This document shows positions 18,843 to 27,677 of a stretch of 64,000 nucleotides of DNA, in pieces. The stretch lies in the sequence record PQ066597.1; one strand, given 5' to 3'. A program made the translations under genes and the position numbers. Every line of letters starts with the position of its first letter. The stretch's first letter is position 1. The notes beneath the pieces are model-generated. The model was not told where the DNA came from, did not search any database, and saw only the letters and a program-made list of their open reading frames with translations.

Positions 18843-19870
18843 GAGTTGTTCGCTTCTATAAAAAGACGACTGGCGTATTTCATTGCATGATCACGCTCTT
18901 TCTCATCAAGATCCATAGAGTTAATATATTCCTTGATAAGGACATCAATTGTTTTTACTTCTAGGTCTTTTTCGTCTGCATCATCGATAGCACCTGAAAA
19001 ATCTTCCAAGTTCTTTTGATTCAGTTTTTCTACCACAGCTTCAAGTGCGGTAAGAGTAGCATCGAGTTCTTTATCAGATTTATGGATTACCAGCATAACA
19101 CATTTATCTGTGTACATGCTAACATCTTTTTTGTCCACATCTTCATAATTTACCTTGATATGCCACATGTTTTCGTTTGGGACGAATTCAAGTTCCTCGG
19201 TATCTGTATCGAACACATAGAAGCCTCGAACATCATTACAATCGTTCATGGTAATCGTGTATGGGGTTCCAAGGTAATGGACGTTACCCTTCTTACTGGC
19301 TGTGTGATAATGACCGGAGAATGCAGTTTTATACTTACTCAGAAACTCTTTATCTTCACCATGAATCGCGGGGATACCAGAATAGAAGTCAAAACCCATC
19401 AGCTCCCAGTGACCCATAGAATATTGAGATGCACTATTCTTGATGAACTCTCGAATCTGCTCTTTGTTTTCTTTGCATTCCCAAGGGATCATATCAAACA
19501 TCAGAGAACCAAGCAAAATAGTGGTTGGTTCATTATAAATCTTGAACAACGGGTCGTGACCAAAATTTTCATGAACGGAGTTAGGCATGACCGTATTTTT
19601 GTAATGGCAATCATGGTTACCCGGTATAACATGGATTACATCAAATGCGTCTGCGAGCATAGGTCGAATTTCTTCACGCATAAAGCGCAAGGTTTCCTGA
19701 GTTACACCACTCCGCACATCAAACCAGTCCCCGGCTTGAAGAAGTACACGGATCCCATTTTCTTTTGCATAATCACACATCTGTTTAAAAAACAGCTTCT
19801 GTGCTTTCTGGATATATGGACTGTCCTTGGCTTCTCCCAAATGGGTATCACCACACTTTATAGTCTTCAT
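18839..19870 (-). CDS. 47: Mre11/SbcD-like nuclease gp47
   Basis: GDTHLG, AGDWFD, GNHD, SGHYH metallophosphoesterase motifs. Confidence 0.96.
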   Translation of the reverse strand: MKTIKCGDTHLGEAKDSPYIQKAQKLFFKQMCDYAKENGIRVLLQAGDWFDVRSGVTQETLRFMREEIRPMLADAFDVIHVIPGNHDCHYKNTVMPNSVHENFGHDPLFKIYNEPTTILLGSLMFDMIPWECKENKEQIREFIKNSASQYSMGHWELMGFDFYSGIPAIHGEDKEFLSKYKTAFSGHYHTASKKGNVHYLGTPYTITMNDCNDVRGFYVFDTDTEELEFVPNENMWHIKVNYEDVDKKDVSMYTDKCVMLVIHKSDKELDATLTALEAVVEKLNQKNLEDFSGAIDDADEKDLEVKTIDVLIKEYINSMDLDEKERDHAMKYASRLFIEANNS

Positions 19871-19886
19871 TTTTAACCTCATAATC

Positions 19887-19916
19887 AAAAAGACCCACCC
19901 GGTTTAGGATGGGTCT
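19887..19916 (-). terminator. terminator upstream of gene 47
   Basis: Minus strand AGACCCATCC-TAAACC-GGGTGGGTCT-TTTT. Confidence 0.65.
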
Positions 19917-19925
19917 GGTGGTTCA

Positions 19926-20315
19926 TTAAGCTGCACATACTGGGGTTGTTTTACCCTCAGACCGTGGCACTAGATATGTTTCTTGTTCAGCTTGTTTGAA
20001 AGCATCGAACAGAATTTTATCTGTTTGTTGTTTCGAAGTCAAGTACAGAGTTTCTAGAGTCTCTCGGTCCAGCTTTGGTTGCTGTGAGATAAAACGAAGT
20101 TTCTCAATGGAATAGATATAACCTTCTTTATTCGCAGTGATCAGACAGTCGCGAGCGTGGGAGCTAAGACGTTTGATTTCTTTTTCATGCTTCTTATAGT
20201 GTTTTTTAGCCAACTTCTCTACCATCTTTTGTTGATATTCAGTCAGTTTCACACCAGAGTTATTTTCTTCAATAACTTCATCTACTACAGTAGACAATTC
20301 TTGTTGTTCATTCAT
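19926..20315 (-). CDS. a-gt.4: a-gt.4-like conserved protein
   Basis: EIKRLSSHARDCL...NKEGYIYSIEKLR pattern; position. Confidence 0.75.
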   Translation of the reverse strand: MNEQQELSTVVDEVIEENNSGVKLTEYQQKMVEKLAKKHYKKHEKEIKRLSSHARDCLITANKEGYIYSIEKLRFISQQPKLDRETLETLYLTSKQQTDKILFDAFKQAEQETYLVPRSEGKTTPVCAA

Positions 20316-20529
20316 CGAATTTATATTCCAGTTTTATATTATCGGTTGATTCTGTTTTAATTGTACCACGAACAAGAGATGGTTTTGGATTATGTGGGTT
20401 TGTATAATCGAAGTCGATTGGAAACCCAGAACTCTTCAATTCCACCATCAGGATATATTGCATTGCTTTTATGTCATATTCACTATATTCAAGTAAATCA
20501 AGAAGATCAATTGTCAGGTAACGTTTCAT
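20308..20529 (-). CDS. a-gt.5-like small protein
   Basis: Position between 55 and a-gt.4; SD AGAGG before ATG 20529. Confidence 0.55.
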   Translation of the reverse strand: MKRYLTIDLLDLLEYSEYDIKAMQYILMVELKSSGFPIDFDYTNPHNPKPSLVRGTIKTESTDNIKLEYKFDE

Positions 20530-21058
20530 TGTCGTCATCCTCTTGATTTTCTTCGTAATCATATAGCCAATCAAGCTCCCCGACTTGTTCTTCTTTTTCT
20601 TTATCCGCTTTCTTTATAGATTCTTCATATTCGTTGACTTTACCAACCAAGTCAAGATAAAAATCAGGGTCTACCATTTCAGCCATATCGTCGTCGTCTG
20701 AATCGTAAACACATTCAACGAAATATCGGTTTTTGGTAGCTTCCTTTTTCTTCTCTCTCTTTAGTTCGTCAAAGAATGCCCGCATTGCAATCATTGTAAC
20801 ATAAGCGTGTGCATTACCAAAGGACTTTTCGTCAAATTTATGGATTTTTCTGATAAGAATCTCTTGTGCTTCGAGGACAAGGTTTTCTTTCCATATCGGG
20901 GTCATTCGTCTAAATCTATAATATTCTGTACATCCTTGTACAATATTCATTATTGCTTCTCCGAGAGAATCAGACATTTTTTTCGTCGGGTCTTCTCGGT
21001 CTTTTTTCCACTGAACTATATCAGCAATCAGTTTTTGATTATCTACGTATACAGCCAT
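20507..21058 (-). CDS. 55: late sigma factor gp55
   Basis: YVDNQKL, LGEAIMNI, NAHAYVTMIAMRAF, ELDWLY clamp-like motif. Confidence 0.95.
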   Translation of the reverse strand: MAVYVDNQKLIADIVQWKKDREDPTKKMSDSLGEAIMNIVQGCTEYYRFRRMTPIWKENLVLEAQEILIRKIHKFDEKSFGNAHAYVTMIAMRAFFDELKREKKKEATKNRYFVECVYDSDDDDMAEMVDPDFYLDLVGKVNEYEESIKKADKEKEEQVGELDWLYDYEENQEDDDNETLPDN

Positions 21059-21084
21059 TATTACACCTCATCGTTTTATGATTT

Positions 21085-21095
21085 ATTATAACACA
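21085..21095 (-). promoter_or_regulatory. extended -10 promoter upstream of gene 55
   Basis: Minus strand TGTGTTATAAT, 27 nt before the start. Confidence 0.6.
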
Positions 21096-21110
21096 CAGTA
21101 TGCATGTTTT

Positions 21111-22565
21111 TTATTTTGATTTACGACGGGTGGAAATCCAATCTGAAACCAAAGCAATATCGGTTGGCTCCAAGACAGATAATTTACGTCCTATCTGCTT
21201 CTGATAATATGACAATGCTGATTGCTCTTTATTATCCAGACCAAATATAGATTTAAAACTCTCTTTCCTAGCTCTTGGGGTAGTTTCTTTCTTTCTGGGC
21301 TTTCTTTCCTTTTCTGCGAAAATCATCAATGAACAATCGATATTTGCGTCTGGAAGATACTTATTCTTGAGATATTCAGCAACCCTCATATCAGGAACAA
21401 TAAGCCTAACCGGAGACATACTTTTATTATTTCGAATGTCAGTTCTCAAACAAAGTTGGAAAGCTGGCTCTAGATATTTCGAAACCAAGAATGCGTTTGT
21501 CAGATGGTCTACATCCAGACCCTGATTATAACTAAGAGACTTCAACAACTCCAACTGCCATGGGCTTGGGTTATAAGAGAATAACGCAACCGCAGTTGAA
21601 AAGTTCATATAATTGTTCATCCCATGTGGATTATATGGGATCTTAGTCCCGCCATTCAATGGACCTCTATATGAGTTTGTTGTGTATATGTAGTTAACCG
21701 GACCAACCACATTATAAACAATATCTTTTACTTTATTGTATACGGTTTCACCACCAATTTCTATATCGGATGCATATCGAGACCAATTCCCGTCATACAT
21801 AGGTATAATCTCAATTCGTTGAGTGTTCTTGTAGTTTCTGAAATCCAAATCGGAAACCAAAGGACTTTCTACAAATTCCCAACCAGCATATTCTTTAAGA
21901 ACAACACCCGTAAATGTTTCTCGAAAATTTGCACAAGCAATTGTGATTTTTGTAAACAATTCCCATGATTGGGTGCTCATATCTTCAACAAAATAAGCAC
22001 AGCTATCCTTAATAATTACTGGGATGTCAGTTAATAGTGCTTTAACCAAAGGGAATACGCTATTAGACACGACGTCTAGGTTATGCATACCATCCATAGC
22101 AATTTCTTCAAGAGTCTTTCTATGCTTTTCCACGACGGTCATACGACCATTACTAGCAATGTCACAGTATCTTGAAACAACGTCGATGTTTGTCTTGAAT
22201 TGAACCTGACGAAGATCGACCATATCAGGAACTTCATCTATATAAAGCTCATGACCTTCAAATAAATCAAAATGAGGAAAGTTCATTAATGCCGAATGGG
22301 TAATAAAAATAACCCGATACTTCCCAATAGATTCCTTTATAGAATCATATACCGATGCCCGTTTTTTAATATTGTCAGTATCTAAGATGATTGCGTTATC
22401 ATAACCAAGGGTCATTGTAAAGAAATCATAAGATTGCTTAGATAACTGACAGGAAATTGATGCAATAATGGTCGGTTTTCGACTCCGACCAACATGTTTT
22501 AGAATTGCTTTTGTTTTTCCACTACCGGGGACCGATGTCAAAATCTCAACGTTTAGCGATCCCAT
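21111..22565 (-). CDS. SF2/DEAD-like helicase or P-loop NTPase of unknown role
   Basis: SVPGSGKT Walker A, FITHSAL, LYIDEVP Walker B, QLCLRTDIR motif VI-like; ATG 22565 with SD GGAG. Confidence 0.75.
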   Translation of the reverse strand: MGSLNVEILTSVPGSGKTKAILKHVGRSRKPTIIASISCQLSKQSYDFFTMTLGYDNAIILDTDNIKKRASVYDSIKESIGKYRVIFITHSALMNFPHFDLFEGHELYIDEVPDMVDLRQVQFKTNIDVVSRYCDIASNGRMTVVEKHRKTLEEIAMDGMHNLDVVSNSVFPLVKALLTDIPVIIKDSCAYFVEDMSTQSWELFTKITIACANFRETFTGVVLKEYAGWEFVESPLVSDLDFRNYKNTQRIEIIPMYDGNWSRYASDIEIGGETVYNKVKDIVYNVVGPVNYIYTTNSYRGPLNGGTKIPYNPHGMNNYMNFSTAVALFSYNPSPWQLELLKSLSYNQGLDVDHLTNAFLVSKYLEPAFQLCLRTDIRNNKSMSPVRLIVPDMRVAEYLKNKYLPDANIDCSLMIFAEKERKPRKKETTPRARKESFKSIFGLDNKEQSALSYYQKQIGRKLSVLEPTDIALVSDWISTRRKSK

Positions 22566-22821
22566 TATCAACTCCAAAAGACTCCGCACCATATACCTCA
22601 AGAATATACCCAACCGCAATTTCGCGTAATTTGTTCTTGTGGATATTTCCAATATGTGCAGTTTCTTTTGCCATGAAGTTAACAATAACGTCTAGGAATT
22701 TTTCAGTAACAATATTTTTATTTTCGATCCGAACTTCAACACTCTCAATAATGTGTCGCTTGCACAAGTTCTGGATACTAATATAATTTTCACGAGTCAA
22801 TTTCATTTTGCTTTCCATCAT
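22546..22821 (-). CDS. small conserved protein, possibly gp55.2-like
   Basis: 91-aa ORF overlapping neighbours; family call rests on position only. Confidence 0.6.
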   Translation of the reverse strand: MMESKMKLTRENYISIQNLCKRHIIESVEVRIENKNIVTEKFLDVIVNFMAKETAHIGNIHKNKLREIAVGYILEVYGAESFGVDNGIAKR

Positions 22822-23395
22822 GCTTATTTTTTATGTTCTTTTCAACAAGATTCCAATAACGATACCCAAGTTTCCTGAGAGACTTGTCATAGTCTTCTTG
22901 TGAAGATTTATTACCATGGAGACGCTTGGCGTCTTTAATTACCCTAAATTGATATTTTTGATTGTGTCTATTGACAGTTTCTATATACATCAATCCGGCA
23001 AATGTAGGTATTTCTTCTGGGGTTATCAATCCATGTGGAACAATATACCAGAAATAGTTGAGAAGTCTACCTTTTTCTAGTGCTTCATATTTGGTCATCT
23101 CTTCAAGGTCGGCTTTGTATCTTCTACCGTTATCTCTCTCAGGCCAAATTTTAACCATTTTCTTGGCGTCGTTCTTGAAATCGGCTCTACTGATCTTGAT
23201 CTCAAACTCATCCCGAAACCCGCTTTTCCTAAAGGCCAACAAATCAGCTTCTAGGTCATGGGTGTAAAAGCAGTTTGGTACTATCAGGTCATACTTCTTC
23301 TGCATTGGAAAATACGTACCAAAATACCCTTGTATATCACTTTCGGTCAGTTTCTCTTTTACTTCCCAGTCTTGTTCTTTTCTAATGATCGCCAT
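22790..23395 (-). CDS. PD-(D/E)XK nuclease, MmcB-like
   Basis: EADLL....GF..EFEIKISRADFKND. Confidence 0.75.
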   Translation of the reverse strand: MAIIRKEQDWEVKEKLTESDIQGYFGTYFPMQKKYDLIVPNCFYTHDLEADLLAFRKSGFRDEFEIKISRADFKNDAKKMVKIWPERDNGRRYKADLEEMTKYEALEKGRLLNYFWYIVPHGLITPEEIPTFAGLMYIETVNRHNQKYQFRVIKDAKRLHGNKSSQEDYDKSLRKLGYRYWNLVEKNIKNKHDGKQNEIDS

Positions 23396-23663
23396 ATAAG
23401 TCCCTTAATTGTTTCAGAGACCCAATATATCGACCATCAACAAATATTCTAGGAAATGATGTAGGACGATATGGAAGATTTGCTCTGGTTTTTATTTCAT
23501 CAAATTTTTCGATTATATAATCAAATCCCAAACTATTATTAGATTTAGAAAGAACGGGTATGAGTTCATATTCATACCCGTTTTCAATACAAAATCTAAT
23601 AGAGTCGATACAACCGGCGCATTTTGCAATATCCTCCGGAACTCCATAGATTTCAACAAACAT
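23382..23663 (-). CDS. nrdH: glutaredoxin NrdH-like
   Basis: EIYGVPEDIAKCAGC and FPRIFVDG. Confidence 0.85.
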   Translation of the reverse strand: MFVEIYGVPEDIAKCAGCIDSIRFCIENGYEYELIPVLSKSNNSLGFDYIIEKFDEIKTRANLPYRPTSFPRIFVDGRYIGSLKQLRDLYGDH

Positions 23664-23887
23664 TACAACTCACCTCTCATAGCAAACCCGTTTCGCAATG
23701 CAGAATGCCAAGAGACTAGCCTAGGAATATCCTCATTAGATGGATAGTTTTCATTCATATGATGGATAATCAATTCTAACGTATTCAGATCAATGAGTCT
23801 GAATTTGCGACCATAAAAGAAAGAAAACACACTGTCATATGTCAGTTTAGAGTAATTTAGGTTTGGTAGAATGATATCAGAATTCAT
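23663..23887 (-). CDS. hypothetical protein
   Basis: 74-aa ORF overlapping neighbours. Confidence 0.6.
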   Translation of the reverse strand: MNSDIILPNLNYSKLTYDSVFSFFYGRKFRLIDLNTLELIIHHMNENYPSNEDIPRLVSWHSALRNGFAMRGEL

Positions 23888-24146
23888 AATTTCTCAACTC
23901 ATCAAAGCCACCAATAAGAACATCACCAACGAAAATTTGTGGCATGGTGAAACCTGTAATTTCAAGGCCAAGTGCTTTACGACGTTCCCCGAGTTCCTTC
24001 TTATTGGAACGAGATTCTTCTGATGTACCAGTTTTCAGAATTGGTTTGAAAACATAATCAAGCTTTTTCGTATCTGCAAATTTTTTCGCTTTGATGCATG
24101 GGACACATTTGTAATTATCAGGGTCGAAACCAAAAATGGTAATCAT
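23877..24146 (-). CDS. nrdC: thioredoxin/glutaredoxin NrdC
   Basis: IFGFD...KCVPCIKAK, TMPQIF, IGGFDELR; start reassigned to ATG 24146. Confidence 0.9.
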   Translation of the reverse strand: MITIFGFDPDNYKCVPCIKAKKFADTKKLDYVFKPILKTGTSEESRSNKKELGERRKALGLEITGFTMPQIFVGDVLIGGFDELRNYEF

Positions 24147-24147
24147 T

Positions 24148-24621
24148 TTATTTTTCCTTATTGAGTAGATGTATAATTTGATTAGACGAACCTCGCCATT
24201 TAAGGTCTGGGTCTTTCTTATCTTCTTCAAATTTCCCATCGATTAGTACGTCTATGAATCTGATTATACCACACATGGATACATCTTTTGAGATTTCATC
24301 TTTTGTATACCCTGTCCACATCCAGATCGTTTTTTCGGGGTATTTATCTTTGAACCAAGCAACGAATCTAAGAACCCCACCACGATTCTTGTGAAATAAA
24401 GGATCCCCACCCAGCAAGGAAATACCATCCCGCTTTATAATTGGGTCGTTCATGTCATTGTCAACTAGTTTATAAATGTCAATGTCAGACCCATTATCAT
24501 AATTCCAAGTGTTTTTTGAGAAGCAACCTTTACACATATGGTCGCAACCAGAGAACCAAATTGAAGAACGGGTTCCAAACCCGTTCACCACATCAACTGA
24601 CTTATAGTCAATAATTTTCAT
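24148..24621 (-). CDS. nrdG: anaerobic RNR activase (radical SAM)
   Basis: SGCDHMCKGC, LLGGDPL, DVLIDGKF, RGSSNQ. Confidence 0.96.
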   Translation of the reverse strand: MKIIDYKSVDVVNGFGTRSSIWFSGCDHMCKGCFSKNTWNYDNGSDIDIYKLVDNDMNDPIIKRDGISLLGGDPLFHKNRGGVLRFVAWFKDKYPEKTIWMWTGYTKDEISKDVSMCGIIRFIDVLIDGKFEEDKKDPDLKWRGSSNQIIHLLNKEK

Positions 24622-26447
24622 AGATGTTTTACCCTTCTGATGGATTCTTTATGTTTACCTTCGTTCAACGGACGTTTTTCTACATCACCAAGATATCCAC
24701 AAACTCTACGCTTAACATCCAATTTACTACCGTCGTGGTTTCCACATGATGGACATTCATAACCCTTGGAGGTAGGAACCATTTCCCCATGATAACCACA
24801 TTCAAAACACTGGTCGATTGGGGTATTTGTCCCATAATACGGGGTATTTTGATACGCAAAATCCCAAACATCTTCAAGTGCCTTTAAGTTATTTTTCATA
24901 TTTGGGAATTCACCATATGAAATAAAGCCACCTTTCGAATATGTAATGAAATCTCGTTCAAACAGGATCTTGTGGTATGGGTCTGTTTTATACTCAACGT
25001 CAAGATGGAAACTATTCGTGTAATATCCTTTTTCATGAACCATATGAGGATATTTCGTTTCGTCGATATCAACGAAACGCTTACAAAGAGATTCGGAAGG
25101 TGTTCCATATAATGAAAATGCAAATCCTGTTTCATCTGTCCACCGGTCTGTTATATATTTCATCTTTCGAAGAATAGAAATACAAAATTCTTTCTTTTCT
25201 TCGTTTCCGAAAATGTGAGAATCATCATTGAATTTCACAATCTCACTTACTTCATGCAAACCAATATACCCACAGGAAACGGAAGAACGCCCGTTTTGGA
25301 AAAGAGGATATATCTCATCATTTGCGTTTAAACGAGCTACAGCACCATTCATATACAATATGGGGGCACACGATGCTTTAACACCTTTAAATCTCTCTAT
25401 ACGCGATACAAGAGCTTTCTTCACCAATTCCATTCGTTCCTCAAGAAGGGCAAAGAACAATTTCTTATCTCCACCAACTTCTAGGGCGATCCTAGGGAGG
25501 TTCAGCGTTACAACTCCAAGATTTTGACGACCATTATATTCATATTCACCATGCTCGTTTTTCCATGGATTTAGGTAACTTCTACATCCCATAGGGGAGA
25601 CCAGTCCACCAGTAACCTTTACAACTTGGTCATAACTGATGATATCCGGATACATCCTTTTTGAGGAACATAGTAAGGCTTTCAGCTTGACGTCATAGAA
25701 AGGATCCGATGGTTTAAGATTATGACCATCTTTAAGGATGAATACCAGCTTTGGAAATACAGGAGTTTCATTATCGGAACCAAGACCATCGATTCTAACT
25801 TGTAGAATTGTTTCTTGGATCAATTTTGCTTCTGGGGTATCCCCCAATCCGAAAGACAATGTGGTAAACGGAGTTTGTCCCTGTGAAGTACTTAATGAAT
25901 TAATCTGATATTCCAGTGTTTGGATCGCATCATATACAATCTTTCTGATTTTATTTTCTACGTAGGAATGTTTGTCTGGGATTTTATAATAATCAGCTTC
26001 GTTACAAAGTTTGTCATAATCCATTTTCACATATTCAGCTAAGAGAATATCAATATCCGCGACAGTATTACCACCGTATATGTGATTAGCAACAGAGCAT
26101 ATGATCTGAGAAATGAGGGTAGTTGCTGTTTTAATGTTCTTAGGTTTACTGATCTTAGCACTAGACATAGTGAACCCTTTGTCGAACATATCCTTTACGT
26201 TGATCAGCATACAATTAAAGAACGGTAGGAGAGGACTATATCCAAGATCATGATAGTGGATGATACCTTCATTGTGTGCTTCCAGAACATCAACCGGAAT
26301 AAATTCTTTTGCAAATTCTTTACTAACAGCAGAAGCAAGCGCATCTCTCTTCGTCACGAATATTTTCAGATCTTTATTTGCATTTTCTTTAGCCAAACCG
26401 GACGAAGAATCGTGAACAATTTCCATTACTTCTTTATAAAGATTCAT
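24618..26447 (-). CDS. nrdD: class III anaerobic ribonucleotide reductase
   Basis: ENANKD, HYHDL, MGCRS, YTNSFH, CFEC...CPSC, RRVCGYLG glycyl-radical loop; uninterrupted. Confidence 0.97.
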   Translation of the reverse strand: MNLYKEVMEIVHDSSSGLAKENANKDLKIFVTKRDALASAVSKEFAKEFIPVDVLEAHNEGIIHYHDLGYSPLLPFFNCMLINVKDMFDKGFTMSSAKISKPKNIKTATTLISQIICSVANHIYGGNTVADIDILLAEYVKMDYDKLCNEADYYKIPDKHSYVENKIRKIVYDAIQTLEYQINSLSTSQGQTPFTTLSFGLGDTPEAKLIQETILQVRIDGLGSDNETPVFPKLVFILKDGHNLKPSDPFYDVKLKALLCSSKRMYPDIISYDQVVKVTGGLVSPMGCRSYLNPWKNEHGEYEYNGRQNLGVVTLNLPRIALEVGGDKKLFFALLEERMELVKKALVSRIERFKGVKASCAPILYMNGAVARLNANDEIYPLFQNGRSSVSCGYIGLHEVSEIVKFNDDSHIFGNEEKKEFCISILRKMKYITDRWTDETGFAFSLYGTPSESLCKRFVDIDETKYPHMVHEKGYYTNSFHLDVEYKTDPYHKILFERDFITYSKGGFISYGEFPNMKNNLKALEDVWDFAYQNTPYYGTNTPIDQCFECGYHGEMVPTSKGYECPSCGNHDGSKLDVKRRVCGYLGDVEKRPLNEGKHKESIRRVKHL

Positions 26448-26476
26448 TTTACATACCTTTTCTTTTAAAAACAAGA

Positions 26477-26500
26477 AAGGGAACCGATTTGGTTCCCTTT
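26477..26500 (-). terminator. hairpin between nrdB and nrdD
   Basis: AAAGGGAACC / GGTTCCCTTT arms. Confidence 0.6.
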
Positions 26501-26507
26501 CATCTAT

Positions 26508-27635
26508 TTATACATCAAGAGAAGCTAGTTTCTCTTTGCTCAAGTCCGCAACAACCGCAGACAGATATTCAGACACTTCCACCTCTTGGGGGGCAACCTG
26601 AACAGATTCAGAGTTCAGCCACTTAGTTACCCATGGCAGAGGGTTCTTTCTCTTCGCATACGAACTAGGGAGACCAGCCGCCCGCATTCGGTTATCAGAA
26701 AGATACTCGATATAATCGCAAAGATTTTTAGCAGTAAGACCATTAAGAGCCTTATCACCAAAAAGGTAATTAGCCCATTCTTTTTCTTGATCTACCACAT
26801 CTTCAAAAATCTTAACAGCAATAGGTTCAAGCCGTTTCGCGATTTCTACCATCTCTGGGTCGTCTTTACCGCTTTGCCAGCGATGTAGGATAGTCTGGGT
26901 TGCCTTAAGGTGTACTGCTTCGTCACGGGCGATTAGACGCATGATCTTGGCACTACCTTCCATCATCCCAGTGAATTCCGGGAAAGAGAAGTTACAGACA
27001 AAACTGACATAGAACCGAATGGCTTCAAGTGCGTTAATTGTATGGACACACAAATAAAGGGCTTCTTTAAGCTTAGTCAGTTGTAGCTTTTGCAGACCCT
27101 CATCCATATTCATGATACGCATTACAGTAAGCATATCGGATTCTTTTATAACATCGTCGTAATACTTGGTAATAGACTCAGCACGTTTCATGATCTGAGG
27201 GGTCAACATAACACCATCAAAAACAACGGTTGGGTCTGTATAAACGGCACGAACGATATGGGTATATGAATCGCTATGAAGGTTACCTTCTGTCATTGTC
27301 CAAGCGGTAATGAAGTTCTCTAGAGTAACATCACTAACGTGAGGAAGCAATACCAAATTAGGCCCACGACCTTGGATTGAGTCTAGTAGGGATTGAACAA
27401 ACAGGTTCTGAGTGAAAACATGTTTGGCATGGTCAGATAATTGCTGAAACTCAATAGTATCTTTACTAAGATCTACCTCAGTCGGTCGCCAGAACAGGCT
27501 TAATTGACGATCCATCAACTCATAGAAAGTTCGGGTGTTCATGGTATCAAATCGTTGTACGTTTGGAGACTCACCGAAGAACATATATTGTTTTGTGTGG
27601 TCGATAATTTCTTTATTGAAAACAGTTGAACTCAT
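26508..27635 (-). CDS. nrdB: class Ia RNR beta subunit
   Basis: FWRPTEV, LLDSIQGRGP, EGNLHSDSY, LEAIRFYVSF, RDEAVH; uninterrupted. Confidence 0.97.
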   Translation of the reverse strand: MSSTVFNKEIIDHTKQYMFFGESPNVQRFDTMNTRTFYELMDRQLSLFWRPTEVDLSKDTIEFQQLSDHAKHVFTQNLFVQSLLDSIQGRGPNLVLLPHVSDVTLENFITAWTMTEGNLHSDSYTHIVRAVYTDPTVVFDGVMLTPQIMKRAESITKYYDDVIKESDMLTVMRIMNMDEGLQKLQLTKLKEALYLCVHTINALEAIRFYVSFVCNFSFPEFTGMMEGSAKIMRLIARDEAVHLKATQTILHRWQSGKDDPEMVEIAKRLEPIAVKIFEDVVDQEKEWANYLFGDKALNGLTAKNLCDYIEYLSDNRMRAAGLPSSYAKRKNPLPWVTKWLNSESVQVAPQEVEVSEYLSAVVADLSKEKLASLDV

Positions 27636-27651
27636 TTTTAAATCCTTGGAG

Positions 27652-27670
27652 AAAAGGGGCTTTCGCCCCT
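27652..27670 (-). terminator. hairpin between nrdA and nrdB
   Basis: Minus strand AGGGGC-GAAA-GCCCCT-TTT. Confidence 0.65.
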
Positions 27671-27677
27671 ACGAAAA

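Noticed and set aside
23877-24239. 120-aa version of nrdC overlapping nrdG by about 90 nt
   Set aside because: Homology begins at MITIFGF (24146), 2 nt after the nrdG stop. Several other ORF-track starts (41, 47, regA, 35, nrdD, dsbA, 30.2, 7959, 22685, 47710, 50546) were also shortened to SD-supported ATGs.
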